A stretch of 64,000 nucleotides of DNA, from the NCBI RefSeq assembly GCF_001677475.2, contig NZ_CP015229.1; one strand, 5' to 3'. The notes below the pieces were generated by a model. That model was given only the letters and a program-made list of their open reading frames with translations, had not been told where the DNA came from and searched no databases. Shown in pieces: positions 10,854 to 21,685 of this stretch (position 1 is its first letter; each line of letters opens with the position of its first letter). The position numbers were made by a program, and so were the translations under genes. This stretch comes from Escherichia coli (lineage in GTDB: Bacteria; Pseudomonadota; Gammaproteobacteria; Enterobacterales; Enterobacteriaceae).

Positions 10854-11129
10854 TTAGAAAAATGCCAGCCAGAGCAGCATGGCGTAGAGAGCAAAAAGGG
10901 CGGTATAAATAATTCCGACAAATGCCAGATTGATATTTGCCCGCTGAATAATTCGCCTCGCGATGAGCGTCAAAATAAGGCTGGCAATAGCGCAGAAAAA
11001 CCAGCTGGGATAATAAGCGCCGATCACCGGGATTGCCGGAGATAATGAGCATCCCGAAACCATGAAGACGGGAATTATCCAGGCTGTTTTTTTGAGTTGC
11101 ATCGCCATGCGAGAGAGAACTGTTGGCAT
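10854..11129 (-). CDS. ytcA: Small lipoprotein/membrane protein YtcA (91 aa)
   Basis: ATG at 11129-11127 gives MPTVLSRMAMQLKKTAWIIPVFMVSGCSLSP... with lipobox; first gene of the ytcA-mdtNOP cluster. Confidence 0.75.
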   Translation of the reverse strand: MPTVLSRMAMQLKKTAWIIPVFMVSGCSLSPAIPVIGAYYPSWFFCAIASLILTLIARRIIQRANINLAFVGIIYTALFALYAMLLWLAFF

Positions 11130-11300
11130 ATTAAATACATCCTGTCTGCTGCGAACAATATCTGTAGTGAATATCAATATCCATTGAAGGCGTCAGTATG
11201 GCTATTTTCTTGATGAATAAAAATAGCTTTATTCAGCCACCGCATTCATAACTTATATATTTTATGTATTAATTGCCTGTATGTATTTTTATAATAAATA

Positions 11301-11328
11301 CTTTTGGGGGCTTAAGCGCCCCCAAAAG
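11301..11328 (-). terminator. Rho-independent terminator downstream of yjcS
   Basis: cttttgggggc-ttaa-gcgcccccaaaag hairpin followed on the minus strand by a T/A-rich tract. Confidence 0.65.
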
Positions 11329-11337
11329 TGAGTGGCA

Positions 11338-13323
11338 TTAATTTGGGGTTACGATATTCACCCACAAATCGAAATTATCCAGACAGGCAATAATTTCTTC
11401 CAGTTTCGCGCCATTGCCAATAATTTTGGCTTTCTTCGCTTTTACCAGATCCGCCATTTTGGCTTGTCCGGTCAGCACGGCGTGCAGATCTTCACGGCTA
11501 ATGTAGAAGGACGCATTGGCTTGCGGTTGCAGCGTTTTACGGTAGTTAAGCACGCTATCGTTCAGGGTCAGGTTGAGGTTATCGCCGTTACTCATATTGA
11601 AGTTCAGGCTGATGTTCTTCCCGGCGGCTTTTTCGCTATCGAGGCGAACAGCCATAAAGTCGAACAGCATTTCGACCGACATCCCGCGAATGGTATCCGG
11701 GGAACCGGTGGTGCCGTGGCTGAACTTATGTACCCCTTCGCGCAGCTCTTTCGCGCCAGTCAGGTAGAAACCGCGCCAGGTGGCTGACTCCGCCTGATAA
11801 CCAAGCTGTTCAAAGTTATTGGCTTGCAGATTCTTCGCCACCTGGTCGCCCGGATTGGCGGCAATCACCTGTTTCAGTAACTCTGCCGACCAGCGATAAT
11901 CTCCCTGCTTGTTTGCTTCTTGCGCCAGGCTGATGACGCGTGCGGAACCGCCCAACGCCTGTACATAACGTTTACCCATCTCCACCTGACCATACGGATG
12001 CAGGTTTGCCGGGTTACCGTCGTAATAGCCGAGGTAGAAGTTATATACCGCACGGGCGTTGTGGCTGACAGAACCGTAATAGCCACGGCTGGCCCAGTTA
12101 TTGGCAAGCGCAGGCGGCAGCTTAATCATGTCGCCGATTTCATTCATGGTGTAGCCCTGGTTTGCCAGGTGCAGGGTCTGGTCGTGAATGTACTTGATAG
12201 TATCGCGATATTTACCAATATAATCATTGATATGCTTATTGCCCCATACCGGCCAGGTGTGCGGCATAAACAGGACTTCCGCTTCGTTACCCCACATATC
12301 CAGCGTTTCGTTCAGGTACTCGGTCCACTTGTTGGTATCGCGGGTTTTCGCGCCGCGCAGAGTGTAGAAGTTGTGCAGGGTATGCGTGGCGTTCTCGGCG
12401 GTACACAGGGCTTTCAGGGCCGGAATATAGAAGTGCATTTCCGCTGGCGCTTCGCTGCCTGGGGTCATCAGGAAGTCAAACTCCAGGCCGTCGATAATCA
12501 TCTTCTCGCCAGTTCTGACGATCGTTTTGGTTGGCGCAATAATGCTTGGGTCACCGGTTGCCAGCGTCACGCCAAGGCCATTACCCACGTTACCCTGCGC
12601 GTTGTGCGGCAGTAACAGGCCGTAAGAGTAGAGCGCACGGCGGCTCATAATGTTACCCGCCAGTACGTTTTCACTGATGGCTTCGTCCATAAATCCAGCA
12701 GGGGCAATCACCTGCACTTTGCCCGATTTAACATCGGCTTCAGAGATAATACCTTTCACGCCACCATAGTGGTCAGTGTGGCTGTGGGTGTAGATAACCG
12801 CAACAATCGGTTTTTGCGGACGATGCTGGAAGTAAAGGTCAAGGGCGGCTTTTGCGGCAGGCGGCGTTACCAGCGGGTCGATAACAATAATGCCTTTCTC
12901 GCCTTCCACGAACGTAATGTTGGAGATGTCCTGACCACGCACCTGATACATTTTATCGGTGACTTTGAACAGGCCAGAAATACCGTTGATCTGTGACTGA
13001 CGCCACAGGCTGGGGTTTACGGTTTCCGGCGCAGCGGCATTAATATCAAATTTGTAATCGTCTGCGCGGTAGTAAACTTTACCGTTCGCATCACGCAGAA
13101 TACCTTCGTTCAGCAGCGGAGCGATAAATCCACGCTGGGCATCGTCAAAATCCTGACGATCGCTAAACGGTAATGATTTGGCGTAATTCTGATTAACCTG
13201 TTGCGTATATTGGGAGGCGGCTTTCGCTTCCTCTTTCGCGTAAGCGGTATTTACCATCATGCCGCTGGCGGCGGTTAACGCAATAACAATCCTGCTCAAA
13301 CGGAATAACCGAGAGTTATTCAT
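11338..13323 (-). CDS. yjcS: Alkyl/aryl-sulfatase YjcS (metallo-beta-lactamase fold with SCP2-like C-terminal domain)
   Basis: 661-aa reading from the ATG at 13323 (GGAG Shine-Dalgarno 8 nt upstream); signal peptide; HSHTDHYGG metallo-beta-lactamase motif. Confidence 0.88.
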   Translation of the reverse strand: MNNSRLFRLSRIVIALTAASGMMVNTAYAKEEAKAASQYTQQVNQNYAKSLPFSDRQDFDDAQRGFIAPLLNEGILRDANGKVYYRADDYKFDINAAAPETVNPSLWRQSQINGISGLFKVTDKMYQVRGQDISNITFVEGEKGIIVIDPLVTPPAAKAALDLYFQHRPQKPIVAVIYTHSHTDHYGGVKGIISEADVKSGKVQVIAPAGFMDEAISENVLAGNIMSRRALYSYGLLLPHNAQGNVGNGLGVTLATGDPSIIAPTKTIVRTGEKMIIDGLEFDFLMTPGSEAPAEMHFYIPALKALCTAENATHTLHNFYTLRGAKTRDTNKWTEYLNETLDMWGNEAEVLFMPHTWPVWGNKHINDYIGKYRDTIKYIHDQTLHLANQGYTMNEIGDMIKLPPALANNWASRGYYGSVSHNARAVYNFYLGYYDGNPANLHPYGQVEMGKRYVQALGGSARVISLAQEANKQGDYRWSAELLKQVIAANPGDQVAKNLQANNFEQLGYQAESATWRGFYLTGAKELREGVHKFSHGTTGSPDTIRGMSVEMLFDFMAVRLDSEKAAGKNISLNFNMSNGDNLNLTLNDSVLNYRKTLQPQANASFYISREDLHAVLTGQAKMADLVKAKKAKIIGNGAKLEEIIACLDNFDLWVNIVTPN

Positions 13324-13575
13324 ATAAATCTCCATTTATCATTTGTGTCGTAAATATGTAATCCATGCAAAATACGTCATTTAAAGCTGGCGATATCATA
13401 ATTGGGAAATTGCGACTTTAATAAGTAGAAGTGTGAGCTGAACGCGCCATTTTATTAGGCATTTGTGCTGAAGAGGGAAAAGTACGCAAATTTATTATCT
13501 CTGTAAATAATATGAGGTGTTTTATATATTTATTATATATATTGTACTTCGGCAAATACTGAGCACAATTAATCA

Positions 13576-13893
13576 ATGCAACCGGTGTTTTTTATTAAAA
13601 AACGTACCGGAGCAATGGGCGGTCATGTCGCTGGCACCGCAGGATTCTGTGTTGCTGTGCCAGCCTTTTATTCATGGTCAATGAGTGAGGGGATTGATAA
13701 AGAAACCAGGTCGTCAGAGCGCACTGATTATCCGCATTACGCCAGTGAAGTTGCACTGGCTTTTGGTTCACGAGTGGTTGGCCTCGAACTGGCAAAAATG
13801 ATTGTGGATGCGTGGCTGGGCGCGCAGTACGAAGGCGGTCGTCATCAACAACGCGTGGAGGCGATTACGGCAATAGAGCAGCGGAGAAATTGA
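13576..13893 (+). pseudogene. rpiB: Decayed remnant of ribose-5-phosphate isomerase B / allose-6-phosphate isomerase (rpiB)
   Basis: C-terminal ...SSERTDYPHYASEVALA-FGSRVVGLELAKMIVDAWLGAQYEGGRHQQRVEAITAIEQRRN matches RpiB, but the central catalytic segment (ICGTGVG region, about 50 residues) is missing and the N-terminus is unrelated. Confidence 0.6.
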
Positions 13894-13961
13894 GATTCAT
13901 CCACTACTTGCATGGATGAGTAATGACTAATGTGGATAGAGTTTCTTTTTGAGGTTGGCTA

Positions 13962-14291
13962 ATGAAACGCTTTCCGCTATTTCTTTTATTCACCCTGCTC
14001 ACGCTGTCCACCGTTCCGGCCCAGGCCGATATTATCGACGACACCATTGGCAATATTCAGCAGGCGATTAACGACGCTTATAACCCTGACCGTGGGCGAG
14101 ACTATGAAGATTCGCACGACGACGGCTGGCAGCGTGAAGTGAGCGACGATCGGCGCAGACAATATGACGACCGCCGCCGCCAGTTTGAAGATCGCCGCAG
14201 GCAGCTGGACGATCGCCAGCGCCAGCTTGATCAGGAGCGTCGGCAACTGGAGGATGAAGAGCGGAGAATGGAAGATGAGTATGGGCGATGA
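13962..14291 (+). CDS. yjdP: Secreted low-complexity protein YjdP
   Basis: 109-aa ORF, signal peptide MKRFPLFLLFTLLTLSTVPAQA, then repeated DDRRRQ-type charged repeats. Confidence 0.8.
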   Translation: MKRFPLFLLFTLLTLSTVPAQADIIDDTIGNIQQAINDAYNPDRGRDYEDSHDDGWQREVSDDRRRQYDDRRRQFEDRRRQLDDRQRQLDQERRQLEDEERRMEDEYGR

Positions 14292-14332
14292 GGTAGGCTC
14301 GGGTGAGGGGGCCAGCGAGCACATTCTCCCCA

Positions 14333-15091
14333 TCACGCCACCCCAATCTCCATCCCATCAAACCCCGCCTCAAACCCCGACGGCAGTGCGTTTTCCATCA
14401 GCCACGCATCAAACTGGTGGCTGATATGGGTCAGAATCACCCGTGGCGAGCGGATAACCTGATTCAGCGCAAGCACGGTATTTAAATCACAGTGATTACG
14501 CGGTGCATCCTCGCGCGGCGGGTGGCTGCAATCAATCACCATTACCTGCGGCTGATTATTGCGTAAAAATTTCAGCGTTTTTTCCGGCAAGCCAGCGGTG
14601 TCAGACAGCCACGCCACCCGGCTGTGTGCCGTTTCCAGCAGATAACCGAAGGTCAGTTTTGAGTGGTTGAGCGGCAGCGGCGTGACCTGTAATCCCTGCA
14701 AATCAAACATCACAAATGGCTCCACCGTGTGGCTGAAATCAAGCAGGCCCGGATGTTTAAACAGATCGTCGCAGCCCTGTTCATCCGGCGGGCCGTAGAT
14801 CGGGATCGAATCGCCCACGCCCCAGCGCAGCGGAAACAGCCCCTGCACGTGATCCATATGGTAGTGCGTCAGCAAAAACTGCTGGAACGATCCGGGCGAC
14901 CAGCGATCGGCGAGATCGTGCAGCCCGGCGTCGATCAGGGTGATCGCGTCGTTAAACTTCACGACGCCGCTGCATGGCTGGCGGCGATACTGCGGTGAGC
15001 GCCGCGCTCTGGCGCAGGCCGCGCACTCACAGCCCCATGCGGGAACGCCCTGTGCGCCGCCAGTGCCAGTAAGTGTGAGGGTCAGGCTCAT
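14333..15091 (-). CDS. phnP: Phosphoribosyl 1,2-cyclic phosphate phosphodiesterase PhnP (metallo-beta-lactamase fold)
   Basis: 252-aa ORF with HYHMDH motif; last gene of the phn operon. Confidence 0.9.
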   Translation of the reverse strand: MSLTLTLTGTGGAQGVPAWGCECAACARARRSPQYRRQPCSGVVKFNDAITLIDAGLHDLADRWSPGSFQQFLLTHYHMDHVQGLFPLRWGVGDSIPIYGPPDEQGCDDLFKHPGLLDFSHTVEPFVMFDLQGLQVTPLPLNHSKLTFGYLLETAHSRVAWLSDTAGLPEKTLKFLRNNQPQVMVIDCSHPPREDAPRNHCDLNTVLALNQVIRSPRVILTHISHQFDAWLMENALPSGFEAGFDGMEIGVA

Positions 15092-15092
15092 G

Positions 15093-15527
15093 TTACAGCG
15101 CCTTGGTGAAGCGGAAGTGGCTCTGCTCGTAGCCTTCGCGCAGATAGAAACGGTGCGCGTCGTGGCGCTTGACGTTGGTGGAAAGCTCGGTCATTTCGGC
15201 CCCGGCCTGGCGGGCTTCTTCTTCTGCCCATGCCAGTAATTTACTGCCGACATTCAGACCGCGCGCCTGCGGCATCACCACCAGTTCCTGAATTTCGCCG
15301 ATCCAGTTGACATGATGCAGATGAAACTGCAAATGCAGGCCGATCATGCCGACAACTTCGCCATCCAGCAGCGCCAGATGGTAGCGCATGTTCGGGTCGC
15401 GCAGGTTGGCGTTAAAGCCCACGCGAAACGCGTGGTGGTCAAACTCCGCCTGTTTTAGCTCACAAATCAGCGCGTAAACTGCGTCGGTATCGTACTGCGT
15501 GGCCGGGCGAAGCTCACAAGCAGGCAT
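15093..15527 (-). CDS. phnO: Aminoalkylphosphonate N-acetyltransferase PhnO (GNAT)
   Basis: 144-aa GNAT-family ORF in phn operon order. Confidence 0.88.
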
Positions 15528-16071
15528 GGTGTTTCTCCTTCTGATGAATCAGCGTCAGCAGCGTGTCGACCGACTGGCGCAGGCTGCCGTCATTATTGAG
15601 CGTATGGCAATCCTGAGGAGTATAGCGGGCGGCGCGCGCCAGCCGGGCGTTAATTTCACTGGCGTTTTCACGGCCACGGTTTTCCAGGCGCTGGCGCAGG
15701 ATCTCCGGCGAAACCTGTAAGCAAATGGGCAGCAGCGCCGATTGATAGCGCGCCCGCGCCTGCGGCAAATGTGCGCGTGAGCCGTTGACCACCACGTCAA
15801 ATCCAGCGTGCAGCCAGAGGTCAATCTCGACGCCGATGCCATAATACAGGCCGTTGGCGTGCCAGCTTAAGGCCAGAAGGTTCTGCCCCGCGCGGGTAAA
15901 AAACTCCTGCTCGCTCAGGGCGATATGGTTTTCACTTCCGGCGCTGGCGGCGCGCGTGATGTAGCGATGCGCTACCAGTAGCTGAGTTTGTTCCCGCTGG
16001 CGAAGTTCCGTCAACAGACTGTCTTTTCCGGAGCCAGAGGCCCCCATTAACCAAATCAGTTTTCCCGTCAT
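15514..16071 (-). CDS. phnN: Ribose 1,5-bisphosphate phosphokinase PhnN
   Basis: 185-aa ORF with P-loop GASGSGKDS; overlaps phnO by 14 bp. Confidence 0.9.
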
Positions 16072-17207
16072 CAGAACACCCTTTTCCCCTGACGCCAGAC
16101 GTGGTCGATGTGAATGTGATTGCCCTTGCGATGCGCCAGCACCAGGTCGGCGCGTTTACCCTCGCCAATCACCCCGCGATCCTGAAGATTCAGCGCCTGG
16201 GCCGGGTTTTTGGTCACCAGCTTCACCGCCTGCGGCAGCGTAAAGCGGTTGCTCTGGTCATCGGCGACGCGGAACGCCGCATCCAGCAGGCTGGCGGGGT
16301 AGTAGTCGGAAGAGAGGATATCCAGCAGGCCAAGCTGTGCCAGCTCACTTGCCGCCACGTTACCGGAGTGCGAACCGCCGCGCACGATATTCGGCGCGCC
16401 CATCAGCACGTTCATACCATGCTTGCGTGAGGCTTCTGCGGCTTCGAACGTGGTAGGAAATTCGGCGATCACGCTACCAAGCTGGTGGGATTCGGCAACG
16501 TGGGCGTGCGTGGCGTCATCGTGGCTGGCGAGCGCAATGTGTCGCGCGCGGCACATTGCGGCGATGGTTTCGCGATTTGGCTGCGACCAGCGTGCGGCGA
16601 GCGCCAATTGCTCTTCTTCGTACTGCTGCATCTGCGCATCGGTGAGGGAATATTTGCCCTGATAATATTCGCGATACTTCTCGCGATTGGCGAACTGGCG
16701 CTGGCCTGGCGAGTGGTCCATCAGCGATACCAGCGTCACCGGTTCGCGCTGCACCAGTTTTTCAAACAGCGGCAGCGTGGTGTGATGCGGCAGTTCGCAG
16801 CGCAGGTGCAGGCGGTGCTCGGCGCGGTTGACGCCGCGTTTCTGCGTCTCTTCGATGGCGTTGATCATCTTCTCCAGATTCTCCAGCCGATCGCCGCCGT
16901 CGCGCACATCACCAATCGCCACGGCGTCCAGTACGGTGGTGATGCCGCTTGCCACCATCAGCGCGTCGTGGCTGCTCATCGCCGAATGGGCGGGCCAGTC
17001 GACTTTCGGGCGCGGGGTGAAGAATTTATCGAGGTTGTCGGTATGCAGCTCAATCAGGCCGGGTAGTAGCCAGCCACCTTCGCCGTCCATCGCTTCCGGC
17101 TGGCGGCTCTGGCTTTCGGCAAAGGCGCGAATTTCGCCATCCTGTACTTCCAGTGAACCGTGCACCACTTCGTTTTCCAGCACCAGTTTGACGTTATTGA
17201 TAATCAT
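16071..17207 (-). CDS. phnM: C-P lyase pathway triphosphate diphosphohydrolase PhnM (amidohydrolase fold)
   Basis: 378-aa ORF; operon position and metal-dependent hydrolase motifs. Confidence 0.9.
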   Translation of the reverse strand: MIINNVKLVLENEVVHGSLEVQDGEIRAFAESQSRQPEAMDGEGGWLLPGLIELHTDNLDKFFTPRPKVDWPAHSAMSSHDALMVASGITTVLDAVAIGDVRDGGDRLENLEKMINAIEETQKRGVNRAEHRLHLRCELPHHTTLPLFEKLVQREPVTLVSLMDHSPGQRQFANREKYREYYQGKYSLTDAQMQQYEEEQLALAARWSQPNRETIAAMCRARHIALASHDDATHAHVAESHQLGSVIAEFPTTFEAAEASRKHGMNVLMGAPNIVRGGSHSGNVAASELAQLGLLDILSSDYYPASLLDAAFRVADDQSNRFTLPQAVKLVTKNPAQALNLQDRGVIGEGKRADLVLAHRKGNHIHIDHVWRQGKRVF

Positions 17208-17884
17208 GAAGAGGCTCCCATCGGGTGCAGGCGGTCGGCGACGTCATTGCGTACGGCTTCGTCATGGAAGATACCGACGATGGCTGCGCCACGGGCTTTA
17301 GCTTCGAGAATCAGTTCCACCACCGCGGCGCTGTTTTTGGCGTCCAGCGAGGCGGTAGGTTCGTCGAGCAGCAGAATGGGGTAGTCGACGATAAAGCCAC
17401 GGGCGATGTTGACGCGCTGCTGTTCGCCGCCGGAGAAGGTCGATGGTGCAAGGTGCCACAGGCGTTCAGGCACGTTCAGGCGCGTCAGTAATCGGGCGGC
17501 TTTAGCGGCGCAGGCTTCACGCGGTACGCCGGTATCGAGCAGAGGCTGCATCACCACTTCCAGTGCCGAAATACGCGGGATGACGCGCAGAAACTGGCTC
17601 ACCCAGCCGATGGTGGTTTTGCGGATCTCCACCACTTTGCGCGCTGGCGCGGTGACCAGGTCTACCCATTCCTCACCGTGTTTGATCTGGATTTGCCCTT
17701 CGTCGGGCAGATAGTTGGCGTACAGCGAGCGCAGCAGGGTTGATTTTCCGCTGCCGGAGTGGCCGTGAAGCACCACGCATTCGCCTGCGTTGACGGTGAG
17801 CGAGGCACGTTGTAAGACGTGCAGGCGCACGCCGTTTTGCTGGTGCAGGATGAAGGTTTTACTGACGTTTTGTACGTTAATCAT
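17204..17884 (-). CDS. phnL: C-P lyase system ATP-binding protein PhnL
   Basis: ATG at 17884-17882 gives [11 protein letters not shown]...; Walker [10 protein letters not shown]; ORF-track start at 17998 is an extension through the upstream REP. Confidence 0.9.
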   Translation of the reverse strand: MINVQNVSKTFILHQQNGVRLHVLQRASLTVNAGECVVLHGHSGSGKSTLLRSLYANYLPDEGQIQIKHGEEWVDLVTAPARKVVEIRKTTIGWVSQFLRVIPRISALEVVMQPLLDTGVPREACAAKAARLLTRLNVPERLWHLAPSTFSGGEQQRVNIARGFIVDYPILLLDEPTASLDAKNSAAVVELILEAKARGAAIVGIFHDEAVRNDVADRLHPMGASS

Positions 17885-17905
17885 TTTTCGCCTCGTGGTT
17901 CGGGT

Positions 17906-17990
17906 GTCGGATGTGACGCTGACGCGTCTTATCCGACCTACGGGGAGCGCATTTGTCGGCCGGATAAGGCGTTTACGCCGTATCCGGTAC
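17906..17990. repeat. BIME: two inverted REP units between phnK and phnL
   Basis: gtcggatgtgacgctgacgcgtcttatccgacctac and gtcggccggataaggcgtttacgccgtatccggtac, an inverted REP pair inside the operon. Confidence 0.8.
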
Positions 17991-17994
17991 TGGC

Positions 17995-18753
17995 TCAATT
18001 CTGCAAAACCGATGACACCAGCAACTGGGTGTACGGGTGGTGCGGGTCGTCGAGCACGCGGTCGGTTAACCCACTCTCCACCACTTGCCCCTGTTTCATC
18101 ACCAGCAAACGGTCCGCCAGCAGGCGGGCGACGCCCAGATCGTGGGTGACAATCACCACCGCCAGATTCAGCTCCACCACCAGACCGCGCAGCAGATCGA
18201 GCAGGCGCGCCTGTACCGATACATCCAGCCCGCCGGTCGGTTCATCCATAAACACCAGCTTCGGATGCGTCACCAGGTTACGGGCAATCTGCAAACGTTG
18301 CTGCATGCCGCCGGAAAAGGTGGTCGGCAGGTCGTCGATCCGGTTGGCGGGAATCTCCACCTCTTCCAGCCACTTCTGCGCGGTGGCGCGGATGTCGCCG
18401 TAATGACGCGCCCCGGTTGCCATCAAGCGTTCGCCGATGTTGCCGCCCGCCGATACCTGACGGCGCAGGCCGTCGAGCGGATGCTGATGCACCACGCCCC
18501 ATTCGGTGCGCAGCAGGCGACGGCGGTCGGCCTCGCTCATGCCATAGAGGGAACGGTTTTCATAGTGAATCTCCCCCTGCTGCGGCGTCAGGCGCGCGGA
18601 GATTGATTTCAGCAGCGTGGTCTTCCCGGAGCCGGATTCCCCGACAATGCCTAGCACTTCCCCCGGCCATAAATCAAAAGAGACATCGCTAAAGCCTTTG
18701 CCCGGCGCGTAAAGGTGGGTCAGGTTATTGATCGAAAGTAACGGTTGATTCAT
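17995..18753 (-). CDS. phnK: C-P lyase system ATP-binding protein PhnK
   Basis: ATG at 18753 gives [15 protein letters not shown]...; Walker [10 protein letters not shown]. Confidence 0.9.
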   Translation of the reverse strand: MNQPLLSINNLTHLYAPGKGFSDVSFDLWPGEVLGIVGESGSGKTTLLKSISARLTPQQGEIHYENRSLYGMSEADRRRLLRTEWGVVHQHPLDGLRRQVSAGGNIGERLMATGARHYGDIRATAQKWLEEVEIPANRIDDLPTTFSGGMQQRLQIARNLVTHPKLVFMDEPTGGLDVSVQARLLDLLRGLVVELNLAVVIVTHDLGVARLLADRLLVMKQGQVVESGLTDRVLDDPHHPYTQLLVSSVLQN

Positions 18754-19595
18754 TGGTTTTTTGCCTCGCTCTGTTGGCGGCAATAATCGGTATCGGAGCA
18801 GACAAACATGCGGTTTCCGGCGTCATCCAGCACCACTTCATCAAGATAGCTGTGGGTCGATCCGCAGATGGCGCACGGCTCATCCCACTGCTGGACGGTG
18901 AACGGGTGATCGTCGAAATCGAGGCTTTCCACGCGGGTAAACGGCGGCACCGCATAGATGCGCTTCTCACGCCCTGCGCCGAACAGTTGCAGGGCGGGCA
19001 TCATGTCCATTTTCGGGTTATCGAATTTCGGGATCGGCGACGGGTCCATCACGTAGCGCCCGTTCACCTTCACCGGATAGGCGTAGGTGGTGGCGATATG
19101 ACCGAAGCGGGCGATATCTTCATACAGCTTCACCTGCATCACGCCATACTCCTCCAGCGCGTGCATGGTGCGGGTCTCCGTTTCTCGCGGCTCGATAAAG
19201 CGCAGCGGTTCCGGGATCGGCACCTGGAAGATAACTATCTGATCTTCGGTCAGCGGCGTTTCGGGGATACGGTGGCGCGTCTGGATAAGCGTCGCATCAT
19301 CCGTGCGTTCGGTGGTGTTCACCCCGGTCACGCGCTTAAAGAAGTTGCGAATCGACACGGCGTTGGTGGTGTCATCCGCGCCCTGGTCAATCACCTTCAA
19401 CACGTCGCTTTCGCCAATCACGCTGGCGGTGAGCTGTATGCCGCCGGTTCCCCAGCCGTACGGCATCGGCATCTCGCGCCCGCCAAACGGCACCTGATAA
19501 CCGGGGATCGCTACCGCTTTTAAGATGGCGCGGCGGATCATGCGTTTGGTCTGCTCGTCGAGGTACGCAAAGTTGTAGCCGCTCAGATTAGCCAT
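18750..19595 (-). CDS. phnJ: C-P lyase catalytic subunit PhnJ (alpha-D-ribose 1-methylphosphonate 5-phosphate C-P lyase)
   Basis: ATG at 19595 gives MANLSGYNFAYLDEQTKRMIRRAILKAVAIPGYQVPFGG...; C-terminal CxxCxxxxxC cluster. Confidence 0.92.
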   Translation of the reverse strand: MANLSGYNFAYLDEQTKRMIRRAILKAVAIPGYQVPFGGREMPMPYGWGTGGIQLTASVIGESDVLKVIDQGADDTTNAVSIRNFFKRVTGVNTTERTDDATLIQTRHRIPETPLTEDQIVIFQVPIPEPLRFIEPRETETRTMHALEEYGVMQVKLYEDIARFGHIATTYAYPVKVNGRYVMDPSPIPKFDNPKMDMMPALQLFGAGREKRIYAVPPFTRVESLDFDDHPFTVQQWDEPCAICGSTHSYLDEVVLDDAGNRMFVCSDTDYCRQQSEAKNQ

Positions 19596-20652
19596 GGTTC
19601 TGCTCCTGTTGCAGACGTTTGAGTAGCTCCAGTTCAGCCTGGAAATCGACGTAGTGCGGGAGTTTGAGGTGCGAGACAAAGCCTGCAGCTTCGACGTTGT
19701 CGGCATGCGCCAGCACGAACTCTTCATCCTGCGCCGGGCCTGTCGCGTGCTCGCCGTACTCCGGGGCTTGTAGAGCGCGGTCAACCAGCGCCATCGCCAT
19801 CGCTTTGCGCTCGCTCATGCCGAACACCAGCCCGTAGCCGCGCGTGAAGTGCGGCGGCTCATCCGGCGGGTCGATAAAACCGTTGACCATTTCACATTCG
19901 GTCATCAGCAGTTCGCCGACGTTCACCGCAAATCCCAGCTCTTCCGGCACAATCGACACGTCGATATAGCCGCTGCGGATTTCGCCTGCGAACGGATGAT
20001 TGCGTCCGTAACCACGCTGGGTGGAGTAGGCTAGCGCCAGCAAATAGCCTTCGTCGCCGCGCATTAATTGTTGCAGGCGGGAGGAGCGTGAGCAGGGGTA
20101 AACCGGCGGCGTGCGGGTGATGTCGTCCGGCTGTGCGCCGCTATCTTCTTCAAACTTCGCCAGCCCCTGACGCGCCAGCAGGCTGAAAACGTGCGGCGAC
20201 GGCTGTTGTTCGCTGTCGGCTGTGGTCAGCGTCGGCGCTTCGCCGTTTGCCAGCAGGGTGAAATCGAGCAGGCGATGGGTGTAGTCGTAGGTTGGGCCAA
20301 GCAGCTGGCCGCCGGGAATATCTTTATAAACCGCTGAAATACGCCGTTCGAGACGCATCTCCGTGGTGTCGAGCGGCTCGCTTACCGCGAGCTTCGCCAG
20401 CGTGGTGCGGTAGGCGCGTAGCAGGAAAATCGCTTCAACGTTATCGCCGCTGGCCTGTTTCAGCGCCAGCGCAGCCAGTTCGCGGTCGGCAATGCCGCCT
20501 TCGGTCATCACGCGATCTACCGCGAGGTTAAGCTGCTGTTCAATCTGGGCGACGCTCAGTTCAGGCAAATCGGTATCGCCCCGGCGTCGGCTCTCTTGCA
20601 GGGCGTGGGCGGCGTCGATCGCCTTCTCGCCCCCTTTCACGGCAACGTACAT
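19588..20652 (-). CDS. phnI: C-P lyase core component PhnI
   Basis: ATG at 20652 gives [16 protein letters not shown]... (354 aa); overlaps the phnH stop by 1 nt. Confidence 0.9.
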   Translation of the reverse strand: MYVAVKGGEKAIDAAHALQESRRRGDTDLPELSVAQIEQQLNLAVDRVMTEGGIADRELAALALKQASGDNVEAIFLLRAYRTTLAKLAVSEPLDTTEMRLERRISAVYKDIPGGQLLGPTYDYTHRLLDFTLLANGEAPTLTTADSEQQPSPHVFSLLARQGLAKFEEDSGAQPDDITRTPPVYPCSRSSRLQQLMRGDEGYLLALAYSTQRGYGRNHPFAGEIRSGYIDVSIVPEELGFAVNVGELLMTECEMVNGFIDPPDEPPHFTRGYGLVFGMSERKAMAMALVDRALQAPEYGEHATGPAQDEEFVLAHADNVEAAGFVSHLKLPHYVDFQAELELLKRLQQEQNHG

Positions 20653-21236
20653 CAGCACACCTCCACATGAGTGGTTCGCGGGATAGCCAGCAGGCGCTCG
20701 CCGCAGGTCAGGATCAGGTCGATGCCGAGCGGGAACGGGTGCGGGCGCTCGGTGAGTTCGTGCAGAATGCACTCTGGCAGCTGCGGAGCGATCATTCGTT
20801 CTTCGGCAATACCCGCGCCAGTAAGGCGCAGCATGCGCCCGCCGCTCAGGCTGACGACCTGTAAAATCAGCGTCGCGCCCGCTTCCGGCGCAACAGCGGT
20901 GCCGCTGGAAAGAGCGTTGAGCTGTTCGCTGGAAATCGCCTCATCCGTTACCGCGAAGGTCGCCAGTTCCGGTTGATTGACCAGAGGCGCGTTGGTATGA
21001 AAACGCAGGCTCTGGCTGACGATATCGTTACTTAATGGCGCGGAAAGCCACACCGGCGTGTCGTTATCGGCCAGCGTCAGCAGCACGCTGGTGGTGGCGA
21101 TATTCAGCGGCTGCCAGCCGCGTTTGAGCTGATGCAGGGCGACAATCACGCCCGGCTCGCTCATGGCCTTTAACAGGCGACGAAAACTGTGCTGGGCATC
21201 CTGCACGGGAAGCATAAAAGCGGTTTCCAGGGTCAT
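20652..21236 (-). CDS. phnH: C-P lyase core component PhnH
   Basis: 194-aa ORF in operon order, coupled to phnG and phnI. Confidence 0.9.
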   Translation of the reverse strand: MTLETAFMLPVQDAQHSFRRLLKAMSEPGVIVALHQLKRGWQPLNIATTSVLLTLADNDTPVWLSAPLSNDIVSQSLRFHTNAPLVNQPELATFAVTDEAISSEQLNALSSGTAVAPEAGATLILQVVSLSGGRMLRLTGAGIAEERMIAPQLPECILHELTERPHPFPLGIDLILTCGERLLAIPRTTHVEVC

Positions 21237-21685
21237 GCGTTGTCTCCGCGAACCATCGTAAAGAAGTCGACCCGGCTGGCGTTCACTTCGGCCTGGCGTG
21301 CGGCAATGCGTGCCATACGGTCAGCATCCAGCGGGGCAATAAGGGTTTCTGATAAGTTTTGAAAGTGGCGAGATTGCTGCATCAGCGCGTCAATCAGCGC
21401 GCAGCGTTCGGCATGCTGTTTATCACGCCCCAGCACCCAGCTGTAGCCGAGCGTGCCGTCAGTCAGGCGCACGGCGGCGCGGGTCAGCGTGGCGTCGCCG
21501 GCAAAAAAGCGTTCGCCGGTGCCGCCCATCCGCGCCTGAATCTGCACCAGGCCAGTTTCGGCGGCGCGGATTACTTCATAGTCGGCGGTGATGTTCAGCG
21601 CGTTCAGGCGGGCTGCCAGTTCAGCCGGTTGGCTGTGCGCCAGTACGGACATCCAGTGCTGGCGGGTCGCGGTATCTGCGTGCAT
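21233..21685 (-). CDS. phnG: C-P lyase core component PhnG
   Basis: 150-aa ORF in operon order. Confidence 0.9.
   Translation of the reverse strand: MHADTATRQHWMSVLAHSQPAELAARLNALNITADYEVIRAAETGLVQIQARMGGTGERFFAGDATLTRAAVRLTDGTLGYSWVLGRDKQHAERCALIDALMQQSRHFQNLSETLIAPLDADRMARIAARQAEVNASRVDFFTMVRGDNA

Noticed and set aside
11920-12615. 231-aa plus-strand ORF
   Set aside because: Antisense to yjcS.
13576-13893. Possible novel 105-aa gene
   Set aside because: C-terminal two-thirds resemble RpiB while lacking its catalytic core; better explained as a pseudogene remnant.
17204-17998. ORF-track start of phnL at 17998 (264 aa)
   Set aside because: The upstream extension reads through the REP/BIME; the conserved ATG at 17884 ([11 protein letters not shown]) gives the expected 226-aa protein.
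16485-18606. Several 150-200-aa plus-strand ORFs across phnM-phnK
   Set aside because: All antisense to tightly packed phn genes with strong family signatures; high GC inflates random ORF length.
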